64,000 bases of DNA from the human T2T-CHM13v2.0 reference genome, Homo sapiens: NCBI RefSeq assembly GCF_009914755.1, contig NC_060925.1. One strand, given 5' to 3'. Within the stretch, counting starts at the first letter, position 1. Every line of letters starts with the position of its first letter. The notes under the pieces were generated by a model. The model worked only from the letters and a program-made list of their open reading frames with translations. It was not told the DNA's origin and ran no database searches. Both the position numbers and the translations under genes were made by a program. Below, in pieces: positions 40,349-55,021 of this stretch.

Positions 40349-42308
40349 GTCACTATACAGTATTTCCTACTATTTCTGATAATAGTCCTTGTTCTTTATT
40401 TCATGCAACTGTCTTCTTGCTTGAATAATTTCTGAGGAGAAGGTGATGTAATTCTTATCCTTGTTTCTCTATAGGTATGGTATCCACCATTCCCCTCCCC
40501 TTAACTTCTCTATCCCTGCTTCAGCTTCTTTGAAGATTGTCTTTCTATATTTTGTTTTCTGCTTTTAAAGTGTTATAGGTTTAGGTGAATATTTATTTGA
40601 TTTTTTTCTCTGGTTTATGTTCTCTGAGCTTCCTAGATCTGTGATTTGGTGTTTGTTATCAATTTGGAAAGTTCTTGATCATTGTTATTTTGAATGTTTC
40701 TTTTGATCCTTTCTTCTTCTAGTATTCAAATAACACATGTGTGTTCTATACATTTTGAAATTGTCTCATAGTTCTTGGACATGCTGTAATATTTTTCTAA
40801 TTTTTATTGCTCTTTACATTTTAGCTTGTAAAATTTACATTGATATACATTCAAGCCCACTGATTATTTCCTCAGTTGTGTTTAATTTCCTAATGAGTCC
40901 ATCAAAGTTATTCTTCATTTCTGTTATAGCATTTTTGATTTCTAGTATTTCCTATTGACTATCTCAGAATTTCCATCTCTTTTTTACATTACTCATCTGC
41001 TCCTCAGTGTTGCCTATTAATTTTATTAGGGCTCTTAACATATTTAAATTCCATACTAAATAATTTCAACATCTGTGTCATATCTGAGCCTGGTTCTGAT
41101 TCTTGCTTTGTCTCTTCATACTGTATTTCTTTCTTGCCTTTTAGCATATCTTGTAATTTTTTGTTGAAAGCCACACATGATGATATATTTGGTCATAGAA
41201 ATTGAGGTAACTGAGTCTTTTATTATGAAATTTATGTAAATCTGGCTAGGATTTGGGCTGCGTTTAATATTTATTATAGACGTAGGTGTCAGAGATTTCA
41301 GTTTTCCCCAGGATTTTGTTTTTTCTCCTTTTGCCTTTGGTTTCTCTAAGATTCCTTTTTCGATTATCTCTATTTTGCAACTCTCAGTTGTAATCTAGTG
41401 TTATTATACTAGAGTCCTTTTAATGTGGTAGTAAGTTATGAGTCAGGGAAGTTTTCCATAATCTTATGATAAAATATTATTTTATTTGCAGCCAGAGTCT
41501 CTGGGCTTTGGAAATGTTTCTCAGCTATTTTTTTTTTCTTTCTTTTGGTGAAACTGGAAAGTTAGATGGGTTTGAAGTTTGTTAAATGCCCTACTCTAGG
41601 TCAGCTAAGGCTTAGTAAAATTTCTTTTTGAAAATAGGCCTCTGTTATGGCAAATGCTCTGAGTACTTTCAAAATAATAATTTTTTTCTTGTCTAGGATC
41701 TTCACCTTGAGAATATGGTGTGTTTCAAAGAAATAAAACTCATGAAGATGTTGAGACCTCACCTAAGAGTGGACCCATATGAGTTTCTCACTCTCAAGCT
41801 AATCTAAACTCAGCCTCCAGCAATTAATCAAAATTACTTTTTAATTGTTCCTACCAGTTTACAGATCCAGCAGCTTCTGCTCCAAGTAAGCTGTAAGCTG
41901 ATCTTGGCTGTGATTCTCTGTATTCATCCATCTCTCCAGATTTCTCAGTGGCAGTTGCCTGTGACCTCAATTTTCTGACAGGTCTAAAACAAGTTATTGA
42001 TTTTTAGGTTGCTGAGGTTTTCTCTTGTTGTAAGAATAGGAGTGACAACTTCCAAGCTTTTTACATGTCCGAGCTGAAATCAGAGTTCTCATTCATTGCA
42101 TTTTTATTATGTAAATTTATGTTGCGAAATTAAGTTTAAAACTATAGCTATTTTGATGGTTTGGGTAAGACTTCCATTTTCTAGGGATTTTTTTGTTTGT
42201 TTTATTATAGGTGAGGGATAAAGATGAACAGTTCAGTGTCTGACCATTTATCTTTGTCCTGGAGATTCCATGATCTAGCAGGCACTTGAAAAGATTCCTG
42301 CTGCTTTT

Positions 42309-43219
42309 ATTTTATTTTTATTATACTTTAAGTTCTAGGGTGCATGTGCACAACCTGCATATGTATACATGTGCCATGGTGGTGTGCTGCACCCGTTAAC
42401 TCGTCATTTTCATTAGGTATATCTCCTAATGCTATCCTTCCCCACTGCCCCTACCCCATGACAGGCCCCAGTGTGTGATGTTCCCCACCCTGTGTCCAAG
42501 TGTTCTCATTGTTCAATTCCCACATGTGAGTGAGAACATGCGGTGTTTGGTTTTCTGTCCTTGCGATAATTTGCTCAGAATGATGGTTTCTAGCTTCATC
42601 CATGTCCTTACAAAGGACATGAACTCATCCTTTTTTATGGCTGCATAGTATTCCATGGTGTATATGTGCCACATTTTCTTAATCCAGTCTATCACTGATG
42701 GATATTTGGGTTGGTTCCAAGTCTTTGCTGTTGTGAGTAGTGCTGCAATAAACATACAAGTGCATGTGTCTTTACAGCAGCATGATTTATAATCCTTTGG
42801 GTATATTCCCAGTAATGGGATGGCTGGGTCAAATGGTATTTCTAGTTCTAGATCCTTGAGGAATCACTACACTGTCTTCCACAATGGTTGAACTAGTTTA
42901 CAGTCCCACCAACAGTGTAAAAGTGTTCCTATTCCTCCGCATCCTCTCCAGCACCTGTTGTTTCCTGACTTTTTAATGATCGCCATTCTAACTGGTGTGA
43001 GATGGAATCTCATTGTGGTTTTGATTTGCATTTCTCTGATGGCCAGTGATGATGAGCATTTTTTCATGTGTCTTTGGCTGCATAAATGTCTTCTTTTGAG
43101 AAGTGTCTGTTCCTATCCTTTGCCCACTTTTTGATGGGGTTGATTTTTTCTTGTAAATTTGTTTAAGTTCTTTGTAGATTCTGGGTATTAGCCCTTTGTC
43201 AGATGGGTAGATTGTAAAA
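42309..43219 (-). mobile_element. L1PA5/6-like 3' end (~0.9 kb, 5'-truncated)
   Basis: TTATTATACTTTAAGTTCTAGGG; ORF2 C-terminal relics ([14 protein letters not shown]); perfect 15-bp TSD ATTCCTGCTGCTTTT (42294-42308 / 43220-43234). Confidence 0.95.
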
Positions 43220-44062
43220 ATTCCTGCTGCTTTTTACTATGACTGACCACTTTTTGCCTCTAAAGTTAAAATCTGTTACTTGTTCTCAGAAATCCTTTTC
43301 AGTGGAAATCTCATCGTACATCTACTTTCTTTGCTTAAACAGAACAGTCAGTAAAATACTTTGCTGAGAAACCGGTCTTTCCTTCTTTGATATCTTTCTC
43401 AACGTCTTTTTGATTAAAATGTTTTCAGTGGCTTCCTATGGGTCATAGTTAAGAGTTGGTAGAGAAAGCTACATATAATATGTCTGTTCTAATATTTCTT
43501 ACTCTTCAAATCACAGAAATCAGGAAATTTCTTGTATTCCAGTTTTATTTAGTAAAGTCACCAATGAATACAATATTTAGTCAGGTAACTATTTATAAAT
43601 CAATTACTTTAGATCTTTGTGTTGACACATTTACTTTAGAATCTCTAGTATTTGCATCTATATCAATAAATTTAATCACATCTGAAATTCTATTTCTTCC
43701 TTTTGGGTCTAGCATCTTTAGAATCTACTGACTTACATATTCCATTTTTCAACTAACTTATTAGAAAAATTTTGTAATAGTATATATTGCTGTGCAAACC
43801 TTTTCTTGATTTTCTCAGTGTTTCCTTCCTCACACCAGACTCATGCTGGTATTAGACTCTATTTATAAGATTAGCAAGGTGGCATGCTGAATAAGACATA
43901 AGAAGAATTGGATTTCTCTTGCCAGGTAGCTGTCTCAGGAAGGTTTTTCACAGGGTCTTAAAACAAGGAAAAAGCAGCCTCATTTTACAGAGGAGGATGT
44001 TAATGAAGCTTAGTGAAATTTGTGGATTCAGGGAAATTTGAGTGATCTGAATCTTTCCATAC

Positions 44063-44446
44063 TGTATTCATTCATTCTCACATTGCTATAAAGAACTGCC
44101 TGAGACTGGATAATTTGTAAAGAAAAGAGGTTTAATTGGCTAATGATTCCACAGGCTGTACAGGAAGCATGGCAGAGGAGACCTCAGGAAACTTACAATC
44201 GTGTCAGAAGGTAAAGGGGAAGCAGGCATATCCTTCATGCCTGGAGCAGGAGAAATAGAGGGGAGAGGGATGTGCTACACACTTTTAAACAACCAGATCT
44301 CGTGAAAACTCATTCAGTATCTTGAGAACAGCAAGGGGGAAGTCTGCTTTCATGATTCAGTCACCTCCCACCAGGCCCCTCCTCCAACTTTGAGAATTAT
44401 AATTTGACATGGGATTTGGGTGGGGACACAGATCCAAACCGTATCA
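44063..44446 (-). mobile_element. MSTA MaLR solo LTR
   Basis: TGTATT...CATTGCTATAAAGAA...CAGGCTGTACAGGAAGCATGG...CCAAACCGTATCA. Confidence 0.9.
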
Positions 44447-47400
44447 CATGTCTTCCTTCTGTTCAATGAAGTCCACAGAGTTATATTCTTCCTCAATAAT
44501 GCCCTCAGTTTCCTTAAGGAATGTGGTCACTGTTTAGATAAAAAATAAATGAATGTCCAACAACTTACGGTATCAATTGTTGAGTTTAATTTTTGGCTAT
44601 ATTAATGCCCTGGCAGTAAATATCAGGAGATTCTTTAGAATACTCATACAAATTTTATTGTTCTCAGACTATGGCTTGATCTGAGAGTTTAAAACTTTGA
44701 CTATGTAGTTTCTTTTCTGTAAGCCTTCCTACACAATTAAAATCACAGACTAATTACATTCTTATATAAGAAAGTTTAATGTTGTGTTAAATGAATAACC
44801 TCTTGATCTCTTCATAGCCTTGCTTTCAACAACTATTTTATTCATAATACTTACAATAAATGTATTTATTTATTTTGCCACTGTATGTCATGTGTTAAAG
44901 TCTCATGCTAGCACCCATGCAAGCTGTGTTCCTACTATCTATGGGACTGAACTGACCAGATAACCACCAATTTAATTAAAGTTCTATTGCTTGAAACCTC
45001 TTACATTCCCACTTGTGTATGCTTTATCACCTTAGTGGCAACAAGAAAATTCACTCTGTCTCATTTACTGAAAGCTAGGATTTGTTAAAGAATATTAGGA
45101 AGTGGTTCATACATAGAAACATAATCTTTTCCTCCAGAAACACTACCCCAAGTCCAGCCAGAGAATTGGCCTCTTGAGAAAACAGCTAGTGTTGCCTTTC
45201 CCCCCGTCAAGCACAAAATGAAATGTCTTCACATGTATAAAACCACTTTCTATACCAATGGCTGCAACAATTTCACTTCTGCCTCAACAAGACAATCACA
45301 TGACTCCTGACGTTCTTCAAGTTCTCTGTTGGCAACTACACTAGAAACACAGGAGTTGCTATACAAAGTGTTTGCCACCAGTTACCTACTATGAGCCATG
45401 TTTCTGTGTGCCTGATTAGCATGTAGGTCATATACCCATCTTTTATTTGCTAGGGTGTCTGAGAATTCAAATCCTTCCTTCTATTATTTGTGAGAGACAC
45501 GACACATGGAAATTTCACCTGTTATGAAAATACTACTCAACGGACCATCACATAAATGACAAATGTCAATGAGAGTCACCAGTTACTACAAACCTCACTT
45601 GTGCTTACCCACTTTTGTTTTTAGTCACCTTTGCTTTTGCTCCCCTTCTAGGGCAGCATCTAACCACAGACTTGCACTATTGACTGCTGTCATGACTGCT
45701 GGCTTCAGCATTCACTGTGTATTGCATTATTGCTGGAAGTTTATCTTTTTTTCCTGTTTTCTTGAGTAGACCCAATGTGTGACCATAGTACAAGCAAACA
45801 GTACAAACAAGAAGCTAATAATAAGTGTGATAGGGAGCTTTATTCATTGGGAATTCAGACTTTAAATTATAACCGAGAGTTTGAAAATTTTTGGTTTTGA
45901 AAATTTTCCCCTTTTAAACAGGATTCCTTCTTCGGCCAGAGGCCAGAATTAATGGTGTGAAAAGAGTAACAGCATCAGTAAAGACCCTCGCTCCAGGATG
46001 CTGGCATTGGTCTCTACTTTTGCAGGCAGTGGGCCTACCACACCTGTTATCAAAAGAGGTGCTCAGGCTGCAGAGCAAACAACAACAGAGACAATCCCAG
46101 CAGGAGGACTCCAGCTGCCAAGAGCATATAATTATCTCTGCTCTCTAGAGCATGCTTTTTAAATGAAGGATTGTTGAAAAATATACATGCTGGGTCCTAC
46201 TCTATTCAATGTACTGATTTGGTATGCCCGAGTTAGTACTTGGGCACCTATAATTTATAAACATATGAATCAATGTTTCATGTGATCCCAAAGTAAGTTC
46301 TTTGCTTAAAAATACTATTCTGATGGAAGAGAAGACATGTTTTTGTGGGGATAAGAACGGGAGGGCTGACATTCCATATTTGGCTAATGGCCTACAATGA
46401 AAGACGAGAAAGAGAGCAATAAGTGTGCATGCCTCAGTTGTAATATAAGAAGAAACTCTGCATACAAGCTGGGGGGAAAACAATGCAAGGTTGAAAGCAA
46501 TGGTCAAAAAAATTACAGCTCTACTTCTTTAGTATTCTGGCAATCAAAATAACGAATTAACCATACAATTATCTAAATTCTGATTACAATGAACAGATTG
46601 CAATAGTTTTATGTCACTTTTGAGTTATAGAAGTTTGTTCTACATCTATGTTTCTTTGGCAAAATTCTCTTTATTAATAATATTTCTTTGTAAGGCAGTT
46701 AATTAGCTGAAGGCTAAAACTTTAGATGTGAGGCAGATTTTTTGAGTTATCTTTTCAGAAGATAATTAATTTTTGATTTGTATTATTTAATCACATGGGG
46801 TGTATGGTTCCTGTTATTTTGAATGCAAATCATTCTATAAAGTAAAATGTGGAGAGGAGCCCATGCATGTGTAACTTTTAATAGAACATATTTGTTTTGA
46901 TATTTCATCTTTTCTTTCTTTAGCTATCTTCCCTGAGGTTCTAAACCCTAAAGTGTAAATATTAATAAGACAAACACTATTTCTCACACATTTCCCTCTA
47001 ACAGCTCTTTTAGAAATGCAAAGGGAATCAGCAAGTTTTATTTCTACAGGTAGATCTTCCTACATTCAGATGTTATTGATTTTTTTTCTTTCCTGAAGAA
47101 GTTGATAGGATCTTTATAGGAGAAAAAAGTATATGGTTTTAAAACCTGAACAACAAAATCTGTTGAAGGTACAGATATTAACCTCTATGTATTGAGGGCA
47201 GAGTTAAGTTGATTAGTTATCTGTTCTCAATTTGGGGGTGCTCCATGTTTCTGTTGACCCCTTTTGTTCAGTGTCTTGTGTTGAAGCTCCTGAGTTTTTA
47301 ATCTCACATATCCTAGCACAGTCCGTATTAGAGATATAATCACTCAACTGTCAAATCTATTTTGAAAAGGATTTTGGAGAGAGAGTACAGCGATTTATTC

Positions 47401-48051
47401 TTTACTTTTATAAAATGATCTTTTCTAACAATCTCACTGCAAGCACACACAGGGGATAATGTAATACAATCTCTGACAGCCTTAGTTTGCTAACCTTATC
47501 CAATAAAGAGATTCTTCTTACAAAGGTTTGTCGTATTACCTCATCTCATGGTGGTATTGCACTCTTTGAAAAGAAATATCACCTGCTCAGAGAAATGCAA
47601 AAAAAAAAAATAATAATATCCTTGAAGGGTAAATACGTATTCCAGTGTTTTCAGAGTAACATGAGCAATGCAGCAGGCATCTTACGCTGTCACACCGTTA
47701 TTTTACTATCATACACAATACACAAATGCATACATTTCGTCGAATGTAAGTGCACAATAATCAACCCAATCAGAGCAAGAATATTTACTTGTCATAAAGA
47801 TTGAATGACACAGATTTCCCTCCAACTCTATAACTGGAACGTCAGGCACTCTAAATTAACAATGCCATGGAGTGTGGGCACAGTAAGAAGGTATGAAGAA
47901 CATGAAAACAAGAAAATTCTAGGTTGCGACATGAACAGACCGTAAAATCAAATTCAGTCGAAGAAACAACAATGTTGTGGTGCTTTTTAAAACACGTGGA
48001 AGCAGTCTCATGGTTTGAATGACAGCTAGCATTTTAATATTCTGAATCTTT

Positions 48052-48535
48052 TGTTCTGAAATGCTAATCTTCACCCCATAGGTGAGGGTAGCATCCTCAC
48101 ACAAATAGTACACGGTGGATGGGCACACACTCCTGACATCATACAGATCAGATGGTAGTTTATTAGTCACTTGCATCCTGGGAGAGGAGGGCACTGCCCT
48201 CCACGCAGGGCCACATAGGGTTAGAACTCAGGAACAGAGTGAACAGGGGCTGTGGGAAGCAGGCTTTGTAGTAACAAGGGGATGAGGTAACCTTGACTAC
48301 CACAGATTTATTTGAATAATTCTTCTGGGTGTAGAATAACTTAAGTTCACTACTCAGGGATAAGCAAGCACTGTGCTTTTCCTTGTGAAAAGAAGCATCA
48401 TTTGGCTAGGGGAGCTTATCCAGGGGGTGGAAGCGGGAGGGAAACTGGTGGTTTGGCCGTTTGAAGGCTTCCTGGTTTCCCCAGGTATCAAGGAAGGACT
48501 TAATATTGAAATTTAATTTCAGGCCTCATACCACA
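48052..48535 (-). mobile_element. ERVL LTR (MER74/MER73-like)
   Basis: GTTTATTAGTCAC...GCAGGGCCACATAGGG...AAGCAGGCTTTGTAGTAACAAGGG...CATACCACA. Confidence 0.6.
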
Positions 48536-51500
48536 TTTTAAAATAAAATTACAGTGATTATTTAGTATTCCATATGATTCTCTTCTCGTTTTGATAAGCA
48601 TATCCCTGGTGAACACCATCAGGAAATAAATGAACTCATGAAGAATTTTAGTTTTTAAAATTTGTGCTTACTTGCTTTTTTTCATCATGAAAACACCATT
48701 TATTTCTGAAGTAAAATCTAGCTTCACTTGAAAGTTTTGGGAAATTCTTATAAAAAACAGTCGATATTAATATGAAAGGTATGTTTTACTATATCCACAT
48801 AGCAGACCTATGAATTTTTCATAAAACGGATTAACAAAGAGAAATCACAAAGTTGGGTTTAAAAAGGAAAGTGTTTCACATGCAACATTGCTTCACTAGG
48901 AGGTTGCTCCCAGGTAGAATCAGGTAATGGCTGCTGTTCTTTCTTATTCTTTCTAGTAGAACAATGCTTAGCCCTGTGGATATATTATGGGCATTTAGTT
49001 CTGCCCTCCAGAATTATCCTTACTCTGTTTGCTAGTTTAATTAATGTGACTTCTTTCTAAGACAATCAGATTCAAAATAGCAAACATTTTAAAATCATGT
49101 GTTATTTTATTAAATTTTGATCTCAGATTTTAGAATGACTCTTAAGTCATTAAAAATGCAAACGCATTTAGTTAGAATATTTGCACACTACACTTCAGAA
49201 ACCATTAAGACATGGCTAGTGGTACACAGCATTCCATTTTAAAAAATATCTTTTCACCAGGTTTTAGATGCAATGAGAATTTTAACTCAATGTAGTTAAA
49301 TATACTCACTGTTAAGCTATATTATATCAGGAAGACAACATTGCAATCTAAAGAAAATGAAAATAGCTTTGTTTGAAAGTTTATAGATGTGTTCTACTAC
49401 TAAAATTTATAGTTAAGCATGTAAACATTCTCTTCGAAATAAACTATTGCCTTTGAAATTAACAACTTGTGCATTACATATGTTCTTCCAACTGAATAAT
49501 GTTATTTCAGAAATAAAATAGAATGCTGACTGTAAAACATAACCATATCCATGCCAAAAAAAATGATACTAGCCATATTGCACCTCAAATGTGGCAGAAT
49601 TTACATCTCTTGTGTGTCAGGAGATGGTCATACCCATATTACTAGTTTCCTGTGCTATAGTTTAAAAATAAATCCTATAATTTTAAAGGCTTTAGCTCAT
49701 GATCAGACACCTAGTTTAATATATTGGATACAAAGTTTAATAACTTTACTATAACATTGAATTTGTGATATTGTTTCAGTTGTCATGCACATAATTATAT
49801 GTAACAGAAAATCAAAGTTAAATTGCCTTAAACAATAAAGTTTTATTATTATCTTAGGAAGTTGAAATACTCTGGGTTTCATGTAGTTGTAACCTGAGTT
49901 TCAGGCATGGGTTAGTTAGGTGATGGGATACTGTCAGACCTACTATCCTCTAAGGTCTTCTAAATAGGAACTTTTGCCTAATCCTTGCTTTTATTGTGCC
50001 ACTTTAGCCTACGTGGACACCACTGAAGTAATCATGCTGGGTAGAGGAATTCCAAATATTCACTAATGTAAATTGGAGGTTGCTTTTTGACATAATTATT
50101 CTAGTCAAGGGAATGGCATTACCTTGACTGGCTTAGATCACCAAAGAGCCTGTGATAGGGTCAAAATTTGGTTAGATAAAATGGAACTTGAAGATAATCA
50201 CAATATCTACAACAATGGTGATAAAACAGCATAAGTGGTGTGACAGAAGTTCATCATGAAATGTAAATACTGCTTATTTTTAATCAAATATTACAAACTA
50301 AAATTGAATATATGTGTGTGTGTGCACGCTTTTGACTGTAGAATAGAGTGTATCCTCTTTACATAATGGGGAAAATAAATTTGTTATAACATGATGCTTT
50401 TAACACCCAGCATTATTATTTGGAAAGCATACTTTTCACAAGGAAAAACAATTTGCAAGGACTACTTTTTATTGTTGATTTTTCCAAAAAACTAAGTTAA
50501 TAGAAAATGGAAAAATGAGAATCAGTAAAGAACAGAAGTAATATTAGTTAATTCAAACTCAGAGTTTGATTTAACAATGTGTGGCATTTTTCAGTCTTTT
50601 TTCTATGTATAAATATAATTATAAAATTTTAAAAATGAATTCAGAATCATATGGTATGTGTTTTTTTCTCAAATTATAATTTCTTCACACATAATATTAA
50701 ATCATAAGTATTCTACATGGATTGTCATTAAATATTCTTCCAAATCCTGTTTAATCAGTGCATATTGCAGGTAATGGATTTACCATAGTATATTTAACCA
50801 TTCCCCCTATTGTTTAGTCATCATTCTCACTACTGCAATGAAAAACCTTACTGATAAACCTTTGTTCACATCCTAGATTATTTATTATTTTAGGATCTAT
50901 TTTTCTTTAGAAACACCATTTCTATTTTAGGAATATATTTTCCGGTTTTCCTTTAATGTGTGACATTGAATACTTTGCATCTTAATGAGAACCAACTGAG
51001 ACATGAATACTTTAGCTACCCTATTTTTATCCCTTTTGATTTTGATTCATAGCAATTTGATGATTCCAACATTCAACTCTTGGATATGATAAATGCTATT
51101 TTGTAAATGCTTACAATTTTCTTGCTTCAGAGGTTAAAAAATAAATATATAAATCTCATAAATGTCCAAGATTTACTGTAGAATATATTGGATTTGAGGG
51201 ACTATCAAGGGAAGGGAAAGGGAGAGGGGGGCATCAAGAGGATATCTGATAATGTTCTGTAGTCTGCTAAAATATTTTATTTTTAAATGTCGTATCACTT
51301 GTCCAAATCAACAGTTGGCTTTGATATTTCTGCAGTGATATTTCCTTTTTCTAGACAGAAGTCTAAAAAGAGTATATTATTTTTATAATACAGGCGTGTT
51401 CTACAGTATCCTAGTTTTGAAAACACATTTTGTAATTTATCAGAGTTTAAGCTTTTAAAATGGTACATTAAAAAATGAAATCTTGTGATGAAGCTTCATT

Positions 51501-53694
51501 CCAGAAATTATTCAAAAGTGGATGAAACTATTTTATTTAATAAAATAGTATCATTGGTTGCATTCTTATTTTATATGCCTCAAAAGAAATATCAGTATAA
51601 TGCTTTCAAAAATAAGAAAAGGTTTTGCTTACATTTTGAACACATATCCCAGTCTAGCTCTTTATTTGGTGATATTTAATATTCTATTCATTCCATGCTT
51701 TGGATAAAACAGTATAGTTTTATTCTTCTGCCTCTTTCAGTATCAAAATAGGCTGACAAAATAAATAAAATACTTCGTTAAATTTCAAGAGAAAATTCAA
51801 TATCTATTGTCATTTTGAATGGCAAGACATTTATCTTACAAGTTCATATGGTGAAATGAAAATGGAAAACAAGCCTGATTACCAAATATGGATTTGTCAA
51901 TTATGAGAAGGATACCCCAAAAATATAAAGAAAAATAATTATAATTATCTATGTTTAATATGAAAATTAATCTGTCCAAATTGCTTTTATTGTTTCCCCA
52001 GCCTCCTGTCCTTCTATCTGAATGAAGCAGGTACTTATAATTACATGCAATGGTGCACAGGGTCCTCCTTTCTCCCTGATACCAAGCTTTAATGAATTTC
52101 ATTATTCTTTTTTAATTTACATACTCTTGAAGAATAAAGATTCCCCAAATCATTAACTAATTTGATATGTCTGAAATACCAATTCAATTGTCTGGTCCCC
52201 TGAGATTTTCAAATATCTTGTTCAAACACCACTTAACTTAGTTTCTTAATTAGATACATCGTGATGGATGGGCTTTTATATCACAGTCTCAAAGGGACAG
52301 TGAATCAGCCTAATTTTTACGACAATTTAGGAGACTTAGATTAAGAGTCATTTAAACATTCAAGGCAGAGTTTGTAAAGAAATATTCAGGGTCTTATGAC
52401 TAAATGTTATTATTATTATATATGATAAATATTAAGGATGCTGATTATATTCTTAGTGAATAATAAATCTTCCTCAATGAGATTTAAAAAATATGTGTCA
52501 TTTGGTTATAAAGAAAAATAATACTTTACAAAGACATTGGATATATAGAGAAAATAATTAAGATATTAGGGATTTGTAACAAACAATATATATTGGCAAA
52601 GTTTTTACATTTTCAAAGGGCTTATTTTTCGCTTAGCCTATAGCATGTCATTTATCTATGTTAATTCTTCTATTTTGAAGTTTATTTTTATGTAAAATAA
52701 TATTTCCATGTTAAAAAACAAGATTGTGAGTTTTGCATGTTTTACTAAAGTAGTCTATATTTTATAATGCTATCATTACATGCCTGATTTTGAGAATATA
52801 ATATTAAATGTAAAATATCACAATTCTATTTTATAGATCATATTTTAGAGAATATGATTCAAACCCTTTGAGAACTTTATGCATATTTAAAACATTATTT
52901 TTATTAATAAACAGTTCTCTCTTGTCACTGAGAAAATGACAGCCTATATATACTGTCACTGTTTATAAACTAATGAATAAAATCCACTTGAAAGTTATAG
53001 TACTGATAATTTTAGAGGGATATTGGAAATACTAATTTTGTCATATGACATCATTTATAAGGGACTGTCAAAAAGTTGGTACTCAATATTTATATACTAA
53101 ATGAAAGAATTCTACAGTACATTTTCATCATGTACTAAATTATTTGTATTTATTCATATTTTCAGCCTGGCAAGGAATTGCAGTGGTGGTGAAGTGATAC
53201 ATTTATGTTTAAAAAGCCAGAAAGATTAAAAATAGAAAGTTAATTAAACCTTAATATTCTCACACATTTTTATTTGATATAATTTAACAACCTATAAACT
53301 AATCTTTATAGTATGCACTCTTTTGTATAGAACTCCACTATGAAGTAATTTGTGTTAGGTGATACCTCAAGACAAAATGATGGCTTTTCTAAAACAGCCA
53401 ATAGACTAATGTGCATTAGTTTAAAGCCACTGAGGTTTGGAATTTCTAGAAATGACCTATTAGACTCTCATGAAGGAAAGAGAATGATAAAGTGGCAAGA
53501 ACATCAAATTGAAATCATAACTTGGGCTTAAGGTTTCTCCCATTATTAACTCTGGGGAATAATTTCAACTTTTGAGATATCAGCTTCTTTATCTGTAATC
53601 TAAGAAGCCTAGTCAAGGCCCTTTTAATTAGTAAGATTCAATGAATCCAAAATTGTGCATTTGTGGTTTAAATATCATAATTTATATAGTAATT

Positions 53695-54105
53695 ACACGT
53701 GTGGAGTATGCACATGTACACAAAATAAATTATATACATATGATATATTGAATATGTGTACATATAGAATATATGTACAGACTATATACATTTGATACAT
53801 ATACCATATGCCAACTATGATGTATGAAATATGTACATGTATACATATGCAAACTACAAGGTACTACATAATATATGGCTAATGAAAACATTCAGTCAAC
53901 AAACACTTTCTTAAAATATTACTCTTAAGTTAAAATCATAGAAGATAAATGAGACTCCAGATAGCTGGAGCTAAAGATACAGGTATAGACATAGAGATTT
54001 AGACATAGATATATAAGTAAGTAGAAATACATAAATCATATATGTGGATATATATCTATATGTTTGTGTATCTGTATATTTTTCTCTATATATACACACA
54101 CATAT
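53695..54105. repeat. TA/TACA-rich low-complexity region
   Basis: Degenerate ATAT/ACAT/AGAT repeats. Confidence 0.6.
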
Positions 54106-54747
54106 CTGATTTCAAAATTTTAATTTAAAAAATCCTATCTTTGATCATACTCTGCAAGCACCTTGTAAATACTTGGTTTAGTTAAGACGTGTAGTGGGAA
54201 AGCTGTATTGAGGATACAGGGAATGATGGGGTTTGCAAGGGGAAGAAGCATTTCAGTCATCTGCAGAGATAGTTTCAGATTTGGCACATTGACACTCCAA
54301 AGATTTTCAACTTAAAACACTACTGCACTGAACTATGTACATCTGGAGAACAAAGAGGTTATCAGCATGATCTAGCATAGAACTTGGTACCTGGTAGATT
54401 TTCAACATAGGGTACATAGTTACAGCTTTAGGTAAGCATCAAGGACATAGCTGATGAAATAGATGATAAAGGACCATGTGCACACGTATGTATCTTACAT
54501 ATCTTAAACTTGTGGCTTTCCAAATTTGTACACAATTGCCCACAGTGGAAAATACATCTTGTACTCTCACCCGATAAACACATGCTCACAATTGAGACAA
54601 AGTTCTGTGAAACTCTTGGTACATATGATATGCTGTGATTTGTTTGTTCTGTTCTATTTTTCTTTTCTAAAATTCCAGTAAAAACTACCATTGAAAACAG
54701 CAAATATAAAAAAGCACATTTCTTAGCAATTAAGAGATTCGAAGAGA

Positions 54748-55021
54748 TTACTTCGAATGTTCTGTTTTATGACTTTTGTTTCCCAATTTACTATTTCTAA
54801 TCTCCTATTTGTATTTATTGTAGAAATGTGTAATTTTCTTGAAGGGAGCAAAGTGAATCTTTCTTTTGCATTTCCTCTACTAAACTATCCAACAACTTGT
54901 ATACACAGATGTGGTCACGATCATCATCAAGATAATCTCCATTACCACTTCTGTAGCTGAGGAAAAACTACGATTATATTTTCCTCTCCTACATCTCCTA
55001 GACTTTTTTTATATATAAAAA
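54748..55021 (+). repeat. Inverted duplication, left arm
   Basis: Reverse complement of 56650-56925; 5 substitutions plus a small indel by hand. Confidence 0.97.

Larger units (their letters stand above)
37930..42090 (-). mobile_element. Old L1M (MB/MC-like) fragments, 3' end through 5' region, with LTR insertions
   Basis: GGAATCATACAGTATATG, GGGTAAATACCAAGGAGT..ATTGCTGGATCATATG, EN relic ENITILNIHATNNRGSKYMRQK (ORF 39717..39917). Confidence 0.75.

Noticed and set aside
45903-46150. Acceptor-like TTTTCCCCTTTTAAACAG followed by a GC-richer exon-like block
   Set aside because: No convincing matching donor or long open frame; cannot be supported without RNA data
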